A stretch of 60,771 nt of DNA, filler included, from 6 parts of 6 records of this genome joined end to end with filler, not necessarily neighbours in it; one strand, 5' to 3'. Positions 32,101-40,217 are shown, counted from the first letter of the whole stretch. Notes: generated by a model from the sequence alone, not told the origin. Numbers and translations: made by a program.

Positions 32101-32404
32101 CGGGGCCAAAGGCCTGGAGTGGCAGGTTGTTTTTATCATCGGCTGCGAGGATCGACTCCTCCCCTGCACGCTCTTTGGGGATCGTGATGACGAAGAGGAA
32201 CGACGGCTTCTCTATGTGGGCCTCACACGGGCCAGACAAAAACTTATCCTTTCACATGCCTCCCGCCGCGCACTGAATGGTCGTCCTCTCCAGATGAAGA
32301 TTTCCCCGTTTCTTGAGCGCTTTTCATCCAAACAGCTTGTTCATTTGGCGCGATCGAAATGGAAGAGAAAACCGAAAGTTCATGAGCAGCTTTCATTATT
32401 TTGA
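29153..32404 (+). CDS. Endonuclease Q (PHP + Zn finger)-UvrD helicase fusion
   Basis: ADLHIHSRFSRATS, GTGDFTHP, PAHVWTPWFS, SNSDAHS, HRKC..CPVC; then AGPGTGKT, VDEYQD, SLHGAKGLEW, ERRLLYVGLTRA. Confidence 0.92.
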   Translation: MPKFIADLHIHSRFSRATSKTLDPEHLALWAQKKGIKVVGTGDFTHPGWIRELQEKLIEAEQGLFRLKPELAESIKPAIPDSCQDSPRFMLTSEISCIYKKNGKTRKVHHLILLPDFDSVLKLNRRLEQIGNIRSDGRPILGLDSRNLLEMVLETSDRAFFIPAHVWTPWFSLFGSKSGFDDIEECFEDLTPHIHALETGLSSDPPMNRLLSQLDPYVLVSNSDAHSPAKLGREGNLFETPLDYDAMVGAMTHGQGFSGTIEFFPEEGKYHLDGHRKCRVRLHPGETKSLNGICPVCGKPVTVGVFHRVDDLADRDHPKISKVFFSLIPLTEILSEIHGCGPATKKVTLIYEDLINRLGPELHILMDAPLEEIEQTGGILLSKAVDRMRHNQVIRREGYDGEYGVIRLFEEGEKDELLGQRALFKTKPKKQKYRKAKPKKKKTTLNKKDPDPQPILPLADPILDPLNPEQREAVIHGNGHLLIVAGPGTGKTMTLTHRIAYLLRSGTIEHGNILALTFTHKAAREMKDRLLRLEAHEKGKSVFVSTFHGFCLHVLKCDGHYLDLPEPFSLCSETDTRVLAQEAVLEAVNGKNRKNTVRRFLKNLPDLKLNSVSDKEPDSALDDLFSAFTIYQEKLRNLGMLDLDDLEVETLRLFNEHSGIRRKYAVQFPHIFVDEYQDTNPVQVELLKNMVYAGTNESENTRRSPSENSPCAVICAIGDPNQAIYGFRGADIANFHGFANDFPPCTTITLTKNYRSTQNILDLSHTLMNEKRPLHGTTGSGAPVHVARCRTHLEEAEMIIEQIEKLIGGTTHFSLDSERVASHEDGENIGFGDMAVLFRLNAMGDALEEAFWRAGIPFVRSGEKPLIDQYPANIIWRLLQSLNRPDNDYYRTCYLNLLKPEKDGEEIINRMDRQRALGHMIDQAVLLHGFDLDSEEITHVLDRVGKVAENFNHLPSFLDALALERGIDHRNLMGDRVSLMSLHGAKGLEWQVVFIIGCEDRLLPCTLFGDRDDEEERRLLYVGLTRARQKLILSHASRRALNGRPLQMKISPFLERFSSKQLVHLARSKWKRKPKVHEQLSLF

Positions 32405-32414
32405 CCGGGAAGTT

Positions 32415-34236
32415 ATGAGCCTTACCAAAACCGGATTTCATCCGATTATCAGTGAGTGGTTTCTTGAAACCTACGGATCACCGACGGATGTTCAGAAAAA
32501 AGCCTGGCCTGAAATCGCTTCCGGCAACCACCTGTTGATCACCGCCCCCACCGGGAGCGGCAAGACACTTTCCGCTTTTCTATGGGCCATCCATCGGCTG
32601 TTGAGCAATGATTGGCCGCCCGGTCGAACCCGTGTGGTCTATGTCTCTCCCCTCAAAGCCCTCAACAATGATGTTAGGCGCAATCTCATCAAACCGCTCG
32701 AGCAATTGAAAGCTAGGTTTCAGGTCGAAGGGGAAGGGTTTCCGGATATTCGGGTTGTGACGCGGAGCGGGGATACCCCTGCCCATGAACGGAGGAGGAT
32801 GCTTCGCACCCCGCCGGAAATTCTGATCACGACCCCTGAAAGCCTCAATATTCTGGTCACTTCCAAAGGAAGCCGCCATATGCTGAACGGGGTGGCTGTG
32901 GTGATTTTAGACGAGGTCCATGCGGTGGCGGGCGGAAAAAGAGGGGTTCATCTCATGATGGCCGTGGACCGTTTGGTCCCGCTCAGTGGAGAATTTCAGA
33001 GAATCGCCCTCTCCGCCACGGTGAAACCCATGGAGCGGATCGCCGAATTTATCGGCGGTTACCGGATGCATGGGGATGTTGATGAACCGGTCTATCAAAA
33101 GCGTCCGGTAACCCTGATTCAGTCGGACATGCAAAAACGGATGACCCTCCGGGTCGATTTTCCGGAAAACGCCGGGGAAAGAATGGTGGATGATTCCCGG
33201 TGGCCGGCACTGATCGAATCCTTCAAGGAGATCATTCACAAAAATCGATCCACGCTTCTCTTCACCAACAGCCGAAGAATGGCCGAGAAAGTTGCCCGTC
33301 TCATCAACGAAGGAGAGCCGGAAGAACTGGCCTATTCCCATCACGGCTCTCTGTCAAAGGAGTTGCGCCTGGTGGTGGAACAAAAGCTGAAACAGGGCCA
33401 ACTCAAAGCCATTGTTGCCACCAACTCACTGGAATTGGGCATCGATATCGGCGATTTGGACCAGGTGGTATTAATTCAGACCCCGCCCGCCATATCATCG
33501 GCCATCCAGCGCATCGGCCGCTCCGGGCACGGGGTGGGAGAGGAGAGCCGGGGTTCATTGTTTCCCATTCACGGTCGCGATTTTGTAAATGCCGCAGTTC
33601 TGGCGCCGTCCGTTATGAAACGGGATATGGAAACCATTGAGCCCGTTCAATGTCCCCTGGATGTGCTGGCGCAAATCATCCTGGCCATGACCGGTATGGA
33701 AACATGGCATATCGATGGACTTTTTGCTTTCCTGAGGACCAACACATCCTTCCATTCCCTCACGCGAAAACAGTTTGACCTGGTCCTGGAAATGCTGGCC
33801 GGAAGATATGCCGGTACCCGCCTTCGGGAGCTGAAATCGCGGGTTTCCTTGGACCGCATCGACAACACCATTCGGGCCAAATCCGGTGCCCTGATGCTCG
33901 TCTACATGGCCGGCGGTACCATCCCGGATCGGGGGTATTTCAATCTGCGGATCCGGGAATCAATGACCAGGATCGGTGAACTGGACGAAGAGTTCGTCTG
34001 GGAACGGCACGTGGGCGAAACCTTTGCTTTCGGACCTCAGACCTGGCGTATCCTGAAAATCACCCACAATGACGTGGAAGTGGCACCCGTGGAGAGACGT
34101 CCCGGCATCATTCCTTTCTGGAGGGCGGAAGCCAGGAACAGGGATTTTCATTTTTCGGAGAAAATCGGGCTGTTTCTGGAGATGGCCAACGGACAACTGG
34201 AACGGGCGGAAACAGACTTCCGCGAACATCTGTTAA
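32415..34236 (+). CDS. lhr: Lhr-family DEAD/DEAH helicase, 3' truncated
   Basis: APTGSGKTL, SPLKAL, TTPESL, DEVH, HHGSLS, SLELGIDIG, GTIPDRG. Confidence 0.92.
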
Positions 34237-34336
34237 NNNNNNNNNNNNNNNNNNNNNNNNNNNNNNNNNNNNNNNNNNNNTTAATTAATTAANNNNNNNN
34301 NNNNNNNNNNNNNNNNNNNNNNNNNNNNNNNNNNNN
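34237..34336. other. Artificial contig spacer
   Basis: N44-TTAATTAATTAA-N44. Confidence 0.99.
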
Positions 34337-34491
34337 AAAACTCCTCCATCCCCTATTCCTAGTATAGAGTATATCATATCTCTTATGCTTCAGAAAAACA
34401 CAATAAGAAAAATATTCAAATTTATACTTTCCCATAACATAAAAAAAAGAGCCCACATATTCAAATGGACTCAAAAATTTTGATTTCAGAT

Positions 34492-35532
34492 TTATCTCAC
34501 ATAAATTATATATGATTCTTCTTTGTAGAAAATTTCTTTTCCTATTCCTGATATAAAACCTGATAGATTAGTTTTTGGGGATAAGATATCAATCTCCCTA
34601 TTGGTACTATATCTGTTATAAGTCACCCCTTTGTAATGCAGAGTTCCTATTTTTTGCTTAACATATACTTTGAAAGAAATTTCCCTTTCAGTTTGACTTT
34701 TTCTACTTTGCTCTACTAAAAAAAGTATTCTGTCAAGCCAGTTATCTTGAAGTAAAAGCTTTCGAACTTTACCACACTCATTCTTAGTAACATTCCCTTT
34801 ATGAATAGCTTTATTTCTAATATGAATAACTTTTTCCTGCTCAATTCTATTTACAAATGTTTTAAAATCAGAGTTTTCTTTTAATCTTTTCATCAAACCG
34901 CCAAAGGTATCCTTCTTTGAGCTTAACTTATATACTCTTTTTAACTCCAGTTCCAATGCTTTTACATAATTGACATAAGTTCCACTGTAATCAAGTTGGC
35001 CACTTGTTTCATTCAGATAAAGATATTCTGCTGTTGCCAAAGCCATTACACTTTCAGGCAGAAGTCTCTTATAAGTTAATTTGATTTTCTTAAAAATTTC
35101 ATCATAACTTCTTTTTTTAAAGGATTTCTGCTTTTTCTCCTCTTCGAATTTTTCTTTTAGTTTAAGAAGTCTCTTATTTTCACTTCTTAACTGCTTATTT
35201 TCATCAGTTAAATTATTTATTTGATTTTTCGCTTTTTTATCATGATGTTTGTCTATGCTAAAGTCCATAAACATATCAGCTATTTCATTTGTATCTCTTT
35301 GATTCAAACCATTATATTTTTCAGTGCTTAGCGAATCTAATTTCAGCTCAAGTTCTGAATTTCGTTTAAGTAGCTCTTTAACTTCATTTTCAAGTTTCCT
35401 AACTTTTCTATCGTTTAAAGGAGAGTTTTTTATCTTCTTCCCTGTTGTTTTTTCTATTTCTTGTTCTTCCTTCTCAATTTCCTCTTTTTCTTTTTTAAGA
35501 AAAAATTGTTCTATATCTCTCATATCATCCAT
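34492..35532 (-). CDS. Coiled-coil protein with putative HEPN domain
   Basis: N-terminal charged coiled coil; DYS..YVKALELEL..RNKAIH (Rx4H); start at ATG 35532 behind GAGGTG. Confidence 0.65.
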   Translation of the reverse strand: MDDMRDIEQFFLKKEKEEIEKEEQEIEKTTGKKIKNSPLNDRKVRKLENEVKELLKRNSELELKLDSLSTEKYNGLNQRDTNEIADMFMDFSIDKHHDKKAKNQINNLTDENKQLRSENKRLLKLKEKFEEEKKQKSFKKRSYDEIFKKIKLTYKRLLPESVMALATAEYLYLNETSGQLDYSGTYVNYVKALELELKRVYKLSSKKDTFGGLMKRLKENSDFKTFVNRIEQEKVIHIRNKAIHKGNVTKNECGKVRKLLLQDNWLDRILFLVEQSRKSQTEREISFKVYVKQKIGTLHYKGVTYNRYSTNREIDILSPKTNLSGFISGIGKEIFYKEESYIIYVR

Positions 35533-35676
35533 CGTTTTCACCTCTCTAGTATATATTTTCTATAATTAACTATTTATTATTTTTCATATATAAATGTTAT
35601 CATAAAAAAATTAAATTTGAAATAGAAAAATTCAAAGAAAGACAATAATTTTATTCATATAGTTTCCTTAAAAACT

Positions 35677-35871
35677 TCACTCACCTAATATTTCATTAAC
35701 TCTAGTACTAGAAAATTTCCCTGATTTAATTATAAATTCTGAGATACACTCAATACATGTCGCTGTATCTACTGCTTTTTCATATAAGCAAAAGTGTCTA
35801 TGTGGACAAAAATTCCCAACGGCAATCACTTCCAACACATCAAAATAGATATCACTAATTTCATTATTCAT
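35677..35871 (-). CDS. Small Cys-rich hypothetical protein
   Basis: 64 aa with CPHRHFC..TCIEC; overlaps the XRE gene stop. Confidence 0.65.
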   Translation of the reverse strand: MNNEISDIYFDVLEVIAVGNFCPHRHFCLYEKAVDTATCIECISEFIIKSGKFSSTRVNEILGE

Positions 35872-36193
35872 TGAAATTCCTGCCCTCTATCCGCTCATCA
35901 AATGTCATATAGTTGCTTCCTTTCAAGAAAAATCCCGTAATATCACAACTATCGATATAACCGGCAAGCATATATAACATTAAATAGTGAATTCCCAATG
36001 CTTCAGCTAATTTATTTAAAACCAGAGGATTAATAACACTTAGTTTCCCGTTTTCAAGTGCTTTAATATATTCTTTCCTTACCCCTGCCAGATTTGCCAG
36101 ATGATTAACAGTTAACTCTAGCATTCTACGACGTCTATTAATCTGAAACCCCAATATTTCTCTCGACTCATGTGATACAGTAAATCCTTTCAT
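35864..36193 (-). CDS. XRE-family HTH regulator
   Basis: LTVNHLANLAGVRKEYIKALENG..LNKLAEALG; start MKGF behind GGAGGT RBS (109 aa). Confidence 0.85.
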   Translation of the reverse strand: MKGFTVSHESREILGFQINRRRRMLELTVNHLANLAGVRKEYIKALENGKLSVINPLVLNKLAEALGIHYLMLYMLAGYIDSCDITGFFLKGSNYMTFDERIEGRNFNE

Positions 36194-36267
36194 ACATATT
36201 ACCTCCCGCAATTTTAATTTTGGGGGAAATTGTCCTCTCCATAAATCGTCTATAATAATTTTAGTCA

Positions 36268-36307
36268 AAAAATACTTATGGTCGAGCACACGAAGTACTC
36301 GACCATA
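36268..36307 (-). terminator. Terminator-like hairpin in the XRE gene leader
   Basis: Minus strand tatggtcgagtac-ttcgt-gtgctcgaccata-agtatttttt. Confidence 0.55.
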
Positions 36308-36548
36308 TATCATCAACTATTTACAATCATAATTTATCTGTTATTTATGTATTACAAAAGAAAGAAGATTGCTCTCCTAAAGCTTTAATAACCAACAGAT
36401 TTTTCCACAACAAAATTATATGTACTAAAAAATAGGCAACTCTTCAAAGAGTTACAAAACTGAATGTTTGACAAAAAAACGCCGTTTTCTCACCAAAAAA
36501 CTAGGCTGCTCTACTTTTCAAAACAACATCGTTGTGTTATAATTGTGT

Positions 36549-36627
36549 ATAAGTCGTTACATGGTAGTCTCTTACCGTGTTTCGCAACCGGGCTAGAGTA
36601 TTACCAGTACTCTAGTCCAATTTTTTT
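36549..36627 (+). ncRNA. Candidate ~80-nt two-hairpin sRNA, antisense to the XRE leader
   Basis: TGn-TATAAT at 36535-36543; hairpins acatggta/taccgtgt and gggctagagta-ttaccag-tactctagtcc followed by a T run. Confidence 0.55.
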
Positions 36628-36742
36628 ACTTATCACAATGAATTAAATTAATATTAATTCATAGATTATTATTATATTCAATTGTTATAGAGAACTCATA
36701 TAACTACTCAAGCAGTTATAAGTGACAATTCCCTTTATTTAA

Positions 36743-36772
36743 ATTCTAACACAATTTTATAATGAAAATCAA
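36743..36772 (-). promoter_or_regulatory. Putative sigma70 promoter pointing toward the XRE operon
   Basis: Minus strand TTGATT-N18-TAGAAT with TG extension. Confidence 0.45.
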
Positions 36773-36829
36773 GTGGCATTTTTAGAAAATTTGAAAACGT
36801 TTTTGAAATAAAAAGTGTTTAAAAACATG

Positions 36830-36858
36830 ATCCTCTTCGTTATGAAGAGGATTTTTTT
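36830..36858 (+). terminator. Intrinsic terminator
   Basis: atcctcttc-gttat-gaagaggat-tttttt. Confidence 0.6.
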
Positions 36859-36928
36859 GTTATTTACTAGCATATTTAGAAAAATTGCTTAATTGGGAAG
36901 AATAATAGAACTGAGATTTGAATTTTAT

Positions 36929-37451
36929 ATGGATGGGGAAAATGTGGTAGTTATTCTAAAAAATGAATTAATTCAATATTACTCAAATCTAGTAAATGTT
37001 TACTTTTTAGAGTTAAGGGGTCATCCATCAGAATATTATGCGAAATTTAATAAAAGTATAGAAAGTTAAAAATTTGATATGAACAATCAAATAAAAAATA
37101 ATTGATTATTATTTTAGAGAATAGGCAAGCAAGAATAACAGGTAGCCCTGATATCATTAGAAATAGTATTGATAATTTTAATAACTGTCTTAAATATGAA
37201 AGTGATATAAAAACAAAAAATATGAAGAAGCTTTAAACATTTCTCCTAGTTTTAGATTATCTCATTATGTTAAAGGGAGTTTATATTTTCTATTAGGCAA
37301 TGAATCTAAAGCAAAAGAGTCTTTTAATAGATATAAGGACAAGTCGAAAACTTACTTTAGGGACATTGAAAAATGTTTACAAGAAAATAATTTCGAAGAT
37401 CATGATATAAAATTAATTAAAGGTTTTTTTGATAATATTCAAAATAAATAA
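36929..37451 (+). pseudogene. Degraded TPR-protein gene
   Basis: Start-less frame 37206-37451 reads KYEEALNISPSFRLSHYVKGSLYFLLGNESKAKESF (TPR-like); upstream frames broken by stops. Confidence 0.5.
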
Positions 37452-37614
37452 ACTTATTAATTATGCTCAAAATAAAACTTGTAAGAATATACATTAGATT
37501 AAGCAAAAAAACATTTCGAAATCCCAATTAAACATAATTAATTTTGTAAATTATCAAGCTAGTGAAATCATTACGTTATTAACAAAACGCGCGGTGTTAA
37601 TTTTAACTTACTTG

Positions 37615-37643
37615 TTGACAAACAACTTTGAAAAAAGTATAAT
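37615..37643 (+). promoter_or_regulatory. Consensus sigma70 promoter of the sRNA
   Basis: TTGACA-N17-TATAAT, perfect consensus. Confidence 0.9.
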
Positions 37644-37649
37644 AATTTT

Positions 37650-37760
37650 AAGAACATAAACAGCGAGCGTCTAGTCAACGTGAGCTTTGAACAAAACCGA
37701 ACGTGTATGAAATTTGGTAAAAAAGTCATGGAACCGCAGAAATGCGGTTCTTTTATTTTT
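37650..37760 (+). ncRNA. Candidate antitoxin/antisense sRNA (~110 nt)
   Basis: Lies between a consensus promoter and a terminator, no credible ORF; 37702-37721 is complementary to 37855-37875. Confidence 0.8.
37731..37760 (+). terminator. Intrinsic terminator of the sRNA
   Basis: gaaccgca-gaaa-tgcggttc-ttttattttt. Confidence 0.9.
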
Positions 37761-37774
37761 TGAATAAATTTAAC

Positions 37775-37802
37775 TAGACCTTTTTGATTAATATGTTACA
37801 AT
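37775..37802 (+). promoter_or_regulatory. Putative promoter of the peptide/5S-like transcript
   Basis: TAGACC-N16-TACAAT with TGn extended -10. Confidence 0.6.
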
Positions 37803-37888
37803 AGTTTCTGTAGGGAGTGACTCCCCTGCAATATAGCAAGACTGACTATCTTGCTTTACCAAAATTTCATACACGGAGGTGAAGCGTA

Positions 37889-37963
37889 ATGATTGAATCA
37901 ATCATTGGTGGCTTAATAGCTGCAGGTATCGTTGAAATAATACGTTACTTTTTAACTAAGTAG
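37889..37963 (+). CDS. 24-aa hydrophobic peptide MIESIIGGLIAAGIVEIIRYFLTK, candidate type I toxin
   Basis: Translated by hand; strong GGAGGTG RBS at 37875-37881; single TM-like helix with basic/aromatic C-terminus. Confidence 0.75.
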   Translation: MIESIIGGLIAAGIVEIIRYFLTK

Positions 37964-37985
37964 GCTTCGCCTCGTAAGGAACCAA

Positions 37986-38087
37986 TGGCAATTAGGAACA
38001 GGTGATCCACCCGGTAACTATTCCGAACCCGGAAGTTAAGCCCTGAACTGTGACGATACTACGCAAGTGGGAAAATAACTTTTGCCA
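37986..38087 (+). rRNA. Divergent orphan 5S rRNA or 5S-like RNA
   Basis: Conserved core cacc-ggt..ATTCCGAACCCGGAAGTTAAGCC; helix I tggcaa/ttgcca; helix II cagg/cctg; loop-E-like gacgatac/gaaaata; ctac-GCAA-gtgg tetraloop; no 16S/23S nearby. Confidence 0.75.
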
Positions 38088-38092
38088 AACAG

Positions 38093-38139
38093 AAATATAC
38101 CAAAATTATACCTCTAGTATAATTTTGGTATATTTTTTT
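38093..38139 (+). terminator. Long-stem intrinsic terminator
   Basis: 19-bp perfect inverted repeat aaatataccaaaattatac-ctcta-gtataattttggtatattt followed by a T run. Confidence 0.85.
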
Positions 38140-38255
38140 ATAATACTTAATTTAAAAACATCAAATAAAAAAATAGCCTGACTAAAATTAAATTTTAATC
38201 AGACTATTCTTAATCGCTCTTGAGGCGGGGTAGTTGATTGAAAAGAGTAGGATAT

Positions 38256-38555
38256 TCATTTTTCAGAATATATCTCTTTTGCTCTTTCCACCATCTCTTG
38301 CCAATTATTAAATTCTGTATTTTCAGCTACATAAATATCTAGTTCTTCCTCGTCAATATCCTCTAACTCTTCGAAATTTTCCATATCATATCTTATTCCT
38401 GTCAAAAACTCTTCTGTTGAATAGAAGTCAGTATGATCTTCGAAAAATTCATCATTTAATAAAGATTCAATAGGAATTCTTTCAAATAATTGCTCTTTTA
38501 TTACTTCCAAGTCATCTCTTAAATCACTTAAATCTCGCATACTCAAGATCATCAC
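38256..38555 (-). CDS. Small acidic hypothetical protein
   Basis: 99 aa, Asp/Glu-rich, ends T.F.NWQEM..A; AAGGAG RBS; downstream hairpin at about 38167-38208. Confidence 0.8.
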   Translation of the reverse strand: MMILSMRDLSDLRDDLEVIKEQLFERIPIESLLNDEFFEDHTDFYSTEEFLTGIRYDMENFEELEDIDEEELDIYVAENTEFNNWQEMVERAKEIYSEK

Positions 38556-38896
38556 TCCTTTAAATTTTTTAAATTAATAAATCATACGCAAATAAAAATT
38601 TTGATCTAATATAAATGCCTCTTCAAGTTAGTGGATATTGCTTTTAGATGATAAATTATTTCTAGAAAACTTTTTCAAAGTTAAACGATATTTTCATCAT
38701 TTACTTCCTATTGTTGTAGTTGCTTACTCCTCTATATATCAATCATACGTCATTTTATAAGTGATTATCAATAGATTTACTTCTATAGTTTTCATAAAAA
38801 AAATTTTAGTGAATTATACTTTAAAATTTGACTCAAAGCTGAAAACTGTTTACAATATATTTAATGATAAATATCAATAATAAATTTGGGGGGAAA

Positions 38897-39148
38897 ATGA
38901 ACGAAAACAAATTAAAATCGTATCATGTTCAGGCTCAAGTAACTATAGATCTTGAGCTTAAAGCGGAAGATAGCCACGATGCTAAAAAGAAGATGCTACA
39001 ATGGATAGAGGAGAATAATACTTTGGCTACAACATGGGATTGGAGCTTAGAAACTGAAGGTCCTATGGAGGAAGAAGCTTTAACTGAAAGTGAGAGAATA
39101 AAAGAGGCAGCGGCAGAATTGGATAAGAGGTATAAATCTGAGTTTTAG
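38897..39148 (+). CDS. Hypothetical protein
   Basis: 83 aa from MNENK behind a G-rich RBS; TTGACT-N17-TACAAT promoter at 38828-38856. Confidence 0.7.
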   Translation: MNENKLKSYHVQAQVTIDLELKAEDSHDAKKKMLQWIEENNTLATTWDWSLETEGPMEEEALTESERIKEAAAELDKRYKSEF

Positions 39149-39353
39149 CAATAGTTGAGTTACACACAGAAGAAGCTATATTTCATTTATAAAGTAGTTA
39201 AAATGATATTCACAAATGAAAAAAATTTAACAGGAAAGAGTTACTCAAAATAGTATACAGTATTTAAGAGTTGGAATATTACAATTTTTAAAACTACCTT
39301 ATGCTAAAAAATATTTATTGTAAGAATCTGATAATAAATGAAAGGAGATAACA

Positions 39354-40097
39354 ATGAAATATTCATTTTTAACTATAATTTTTATATTCTTTTCATCAAT
39401 CCTACCTGCTCAAGAAACTATAACAGTAGCTTATTTTAATAATTATCCGCCATTTTCTTGGGAAGAAGAAGGAAATATGAAGGGTATATTTATTGATATT
39501 TTAAATGAAGCTTTAACTGAAAATATGGGTATTTCTGTTTCTCATAAAGGTTTCCCCTGGGCAAGAGCTCAGAAATTTGTTGAAGATGGAAAGATCGACG
39601 CATTTTTAACTGTACCTACTCCAGAACGTAAAAAATACACAGAAGTGAGTAAGGAAATTATCGTTAAATCTAAAGTTTCATTGTTTGTACCATCAGGACA
39701 TTCAAAAACTGAGGAAATAAAAAACATAAAAACTTTAGAGGAGTTAAAGCACTTTAAAATGATTACTTACTTGGGTGATGGAGTTGCAAAAAATTTATTT
39801 CATGACTGGAAAAACATTTACTACACAAACACTCTAGATAAATGTTTATTTGTATTAAAAAACGGAAGAAGTGATCTATTCTTACAATCATCTGAGCTTA
39901 CAAATTACAGAATAATTCAACTTGGATACCAAAATGATATTATTGAACTACCCGCTCCTATGGAGCCAGTTTCGTATCATTTTATGATTGGTAAGAAGTC
40001 ATCATTTATAAACATTCTACCGGAATTTGATCAGGTTATTAGAAAAATGAGAGAGGATGAAATAATTGAGAAAATATACAATAAACATATCCGTTAA
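39354..40097 (+). CDS. Family 3 solute-binding protein (orphan)
   Basis: Signal peptide; YPPFSW, GIFIDIL, FPWARAQ, PTPERK motifs. Confidence 0.9.
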   Translation: MKYSFLTIIFIFFSSILPAQETITVAYFNNYPPFSWEEEGNMKGIFIDILNEALTENMGISVSHKGFPWARAQKFVEDGKIDAFLTVPTPERKKYTEVSKEIIVKSKVSLFVPSGHSKTEEIKNIKTLEELKHFKMITYLGDGVAKNLFHDWKNIYYTNTLDKCLFVLKNGRSDLFLQSSELTNYRIIQLGYQNDIIELPAPMEPVSYHFMIGKKSSFINILPEFDQVIRKMREDEIIEKIYNKHIR

Positions 40098-40217
40098 TAA
40101 AGAAGCTTAAATTATAAAAATCCATGTTAACTAATAAATTTTCCAAAATTTCTTGTTTTTAGTATCTTCTAACTTTATAATAAATATAAGAATAAATCAA
40201 AAATATAGAGGTGAAAA

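Noticed and set aside
36194-36316. Longer 150-aa version of the XRE ORF
   Set aside because: A strong GGAGGT RBS precedes ATG 36193, and the extension runs through a terminator-like hairpin.
36464-36646. 60-aa plus-strand ORF
   Set aside because: No RBS or recognisable motif; it spans the promoter and hairpins better explained as an sRNA.
39074-39522. 16-bp direct repeat gaagctttaactgaaa at about 39074 and 39507
   Set aside because: Both copies encode EALTE inside unrelated AT-rich genes; no sign of an att site or target duplication.
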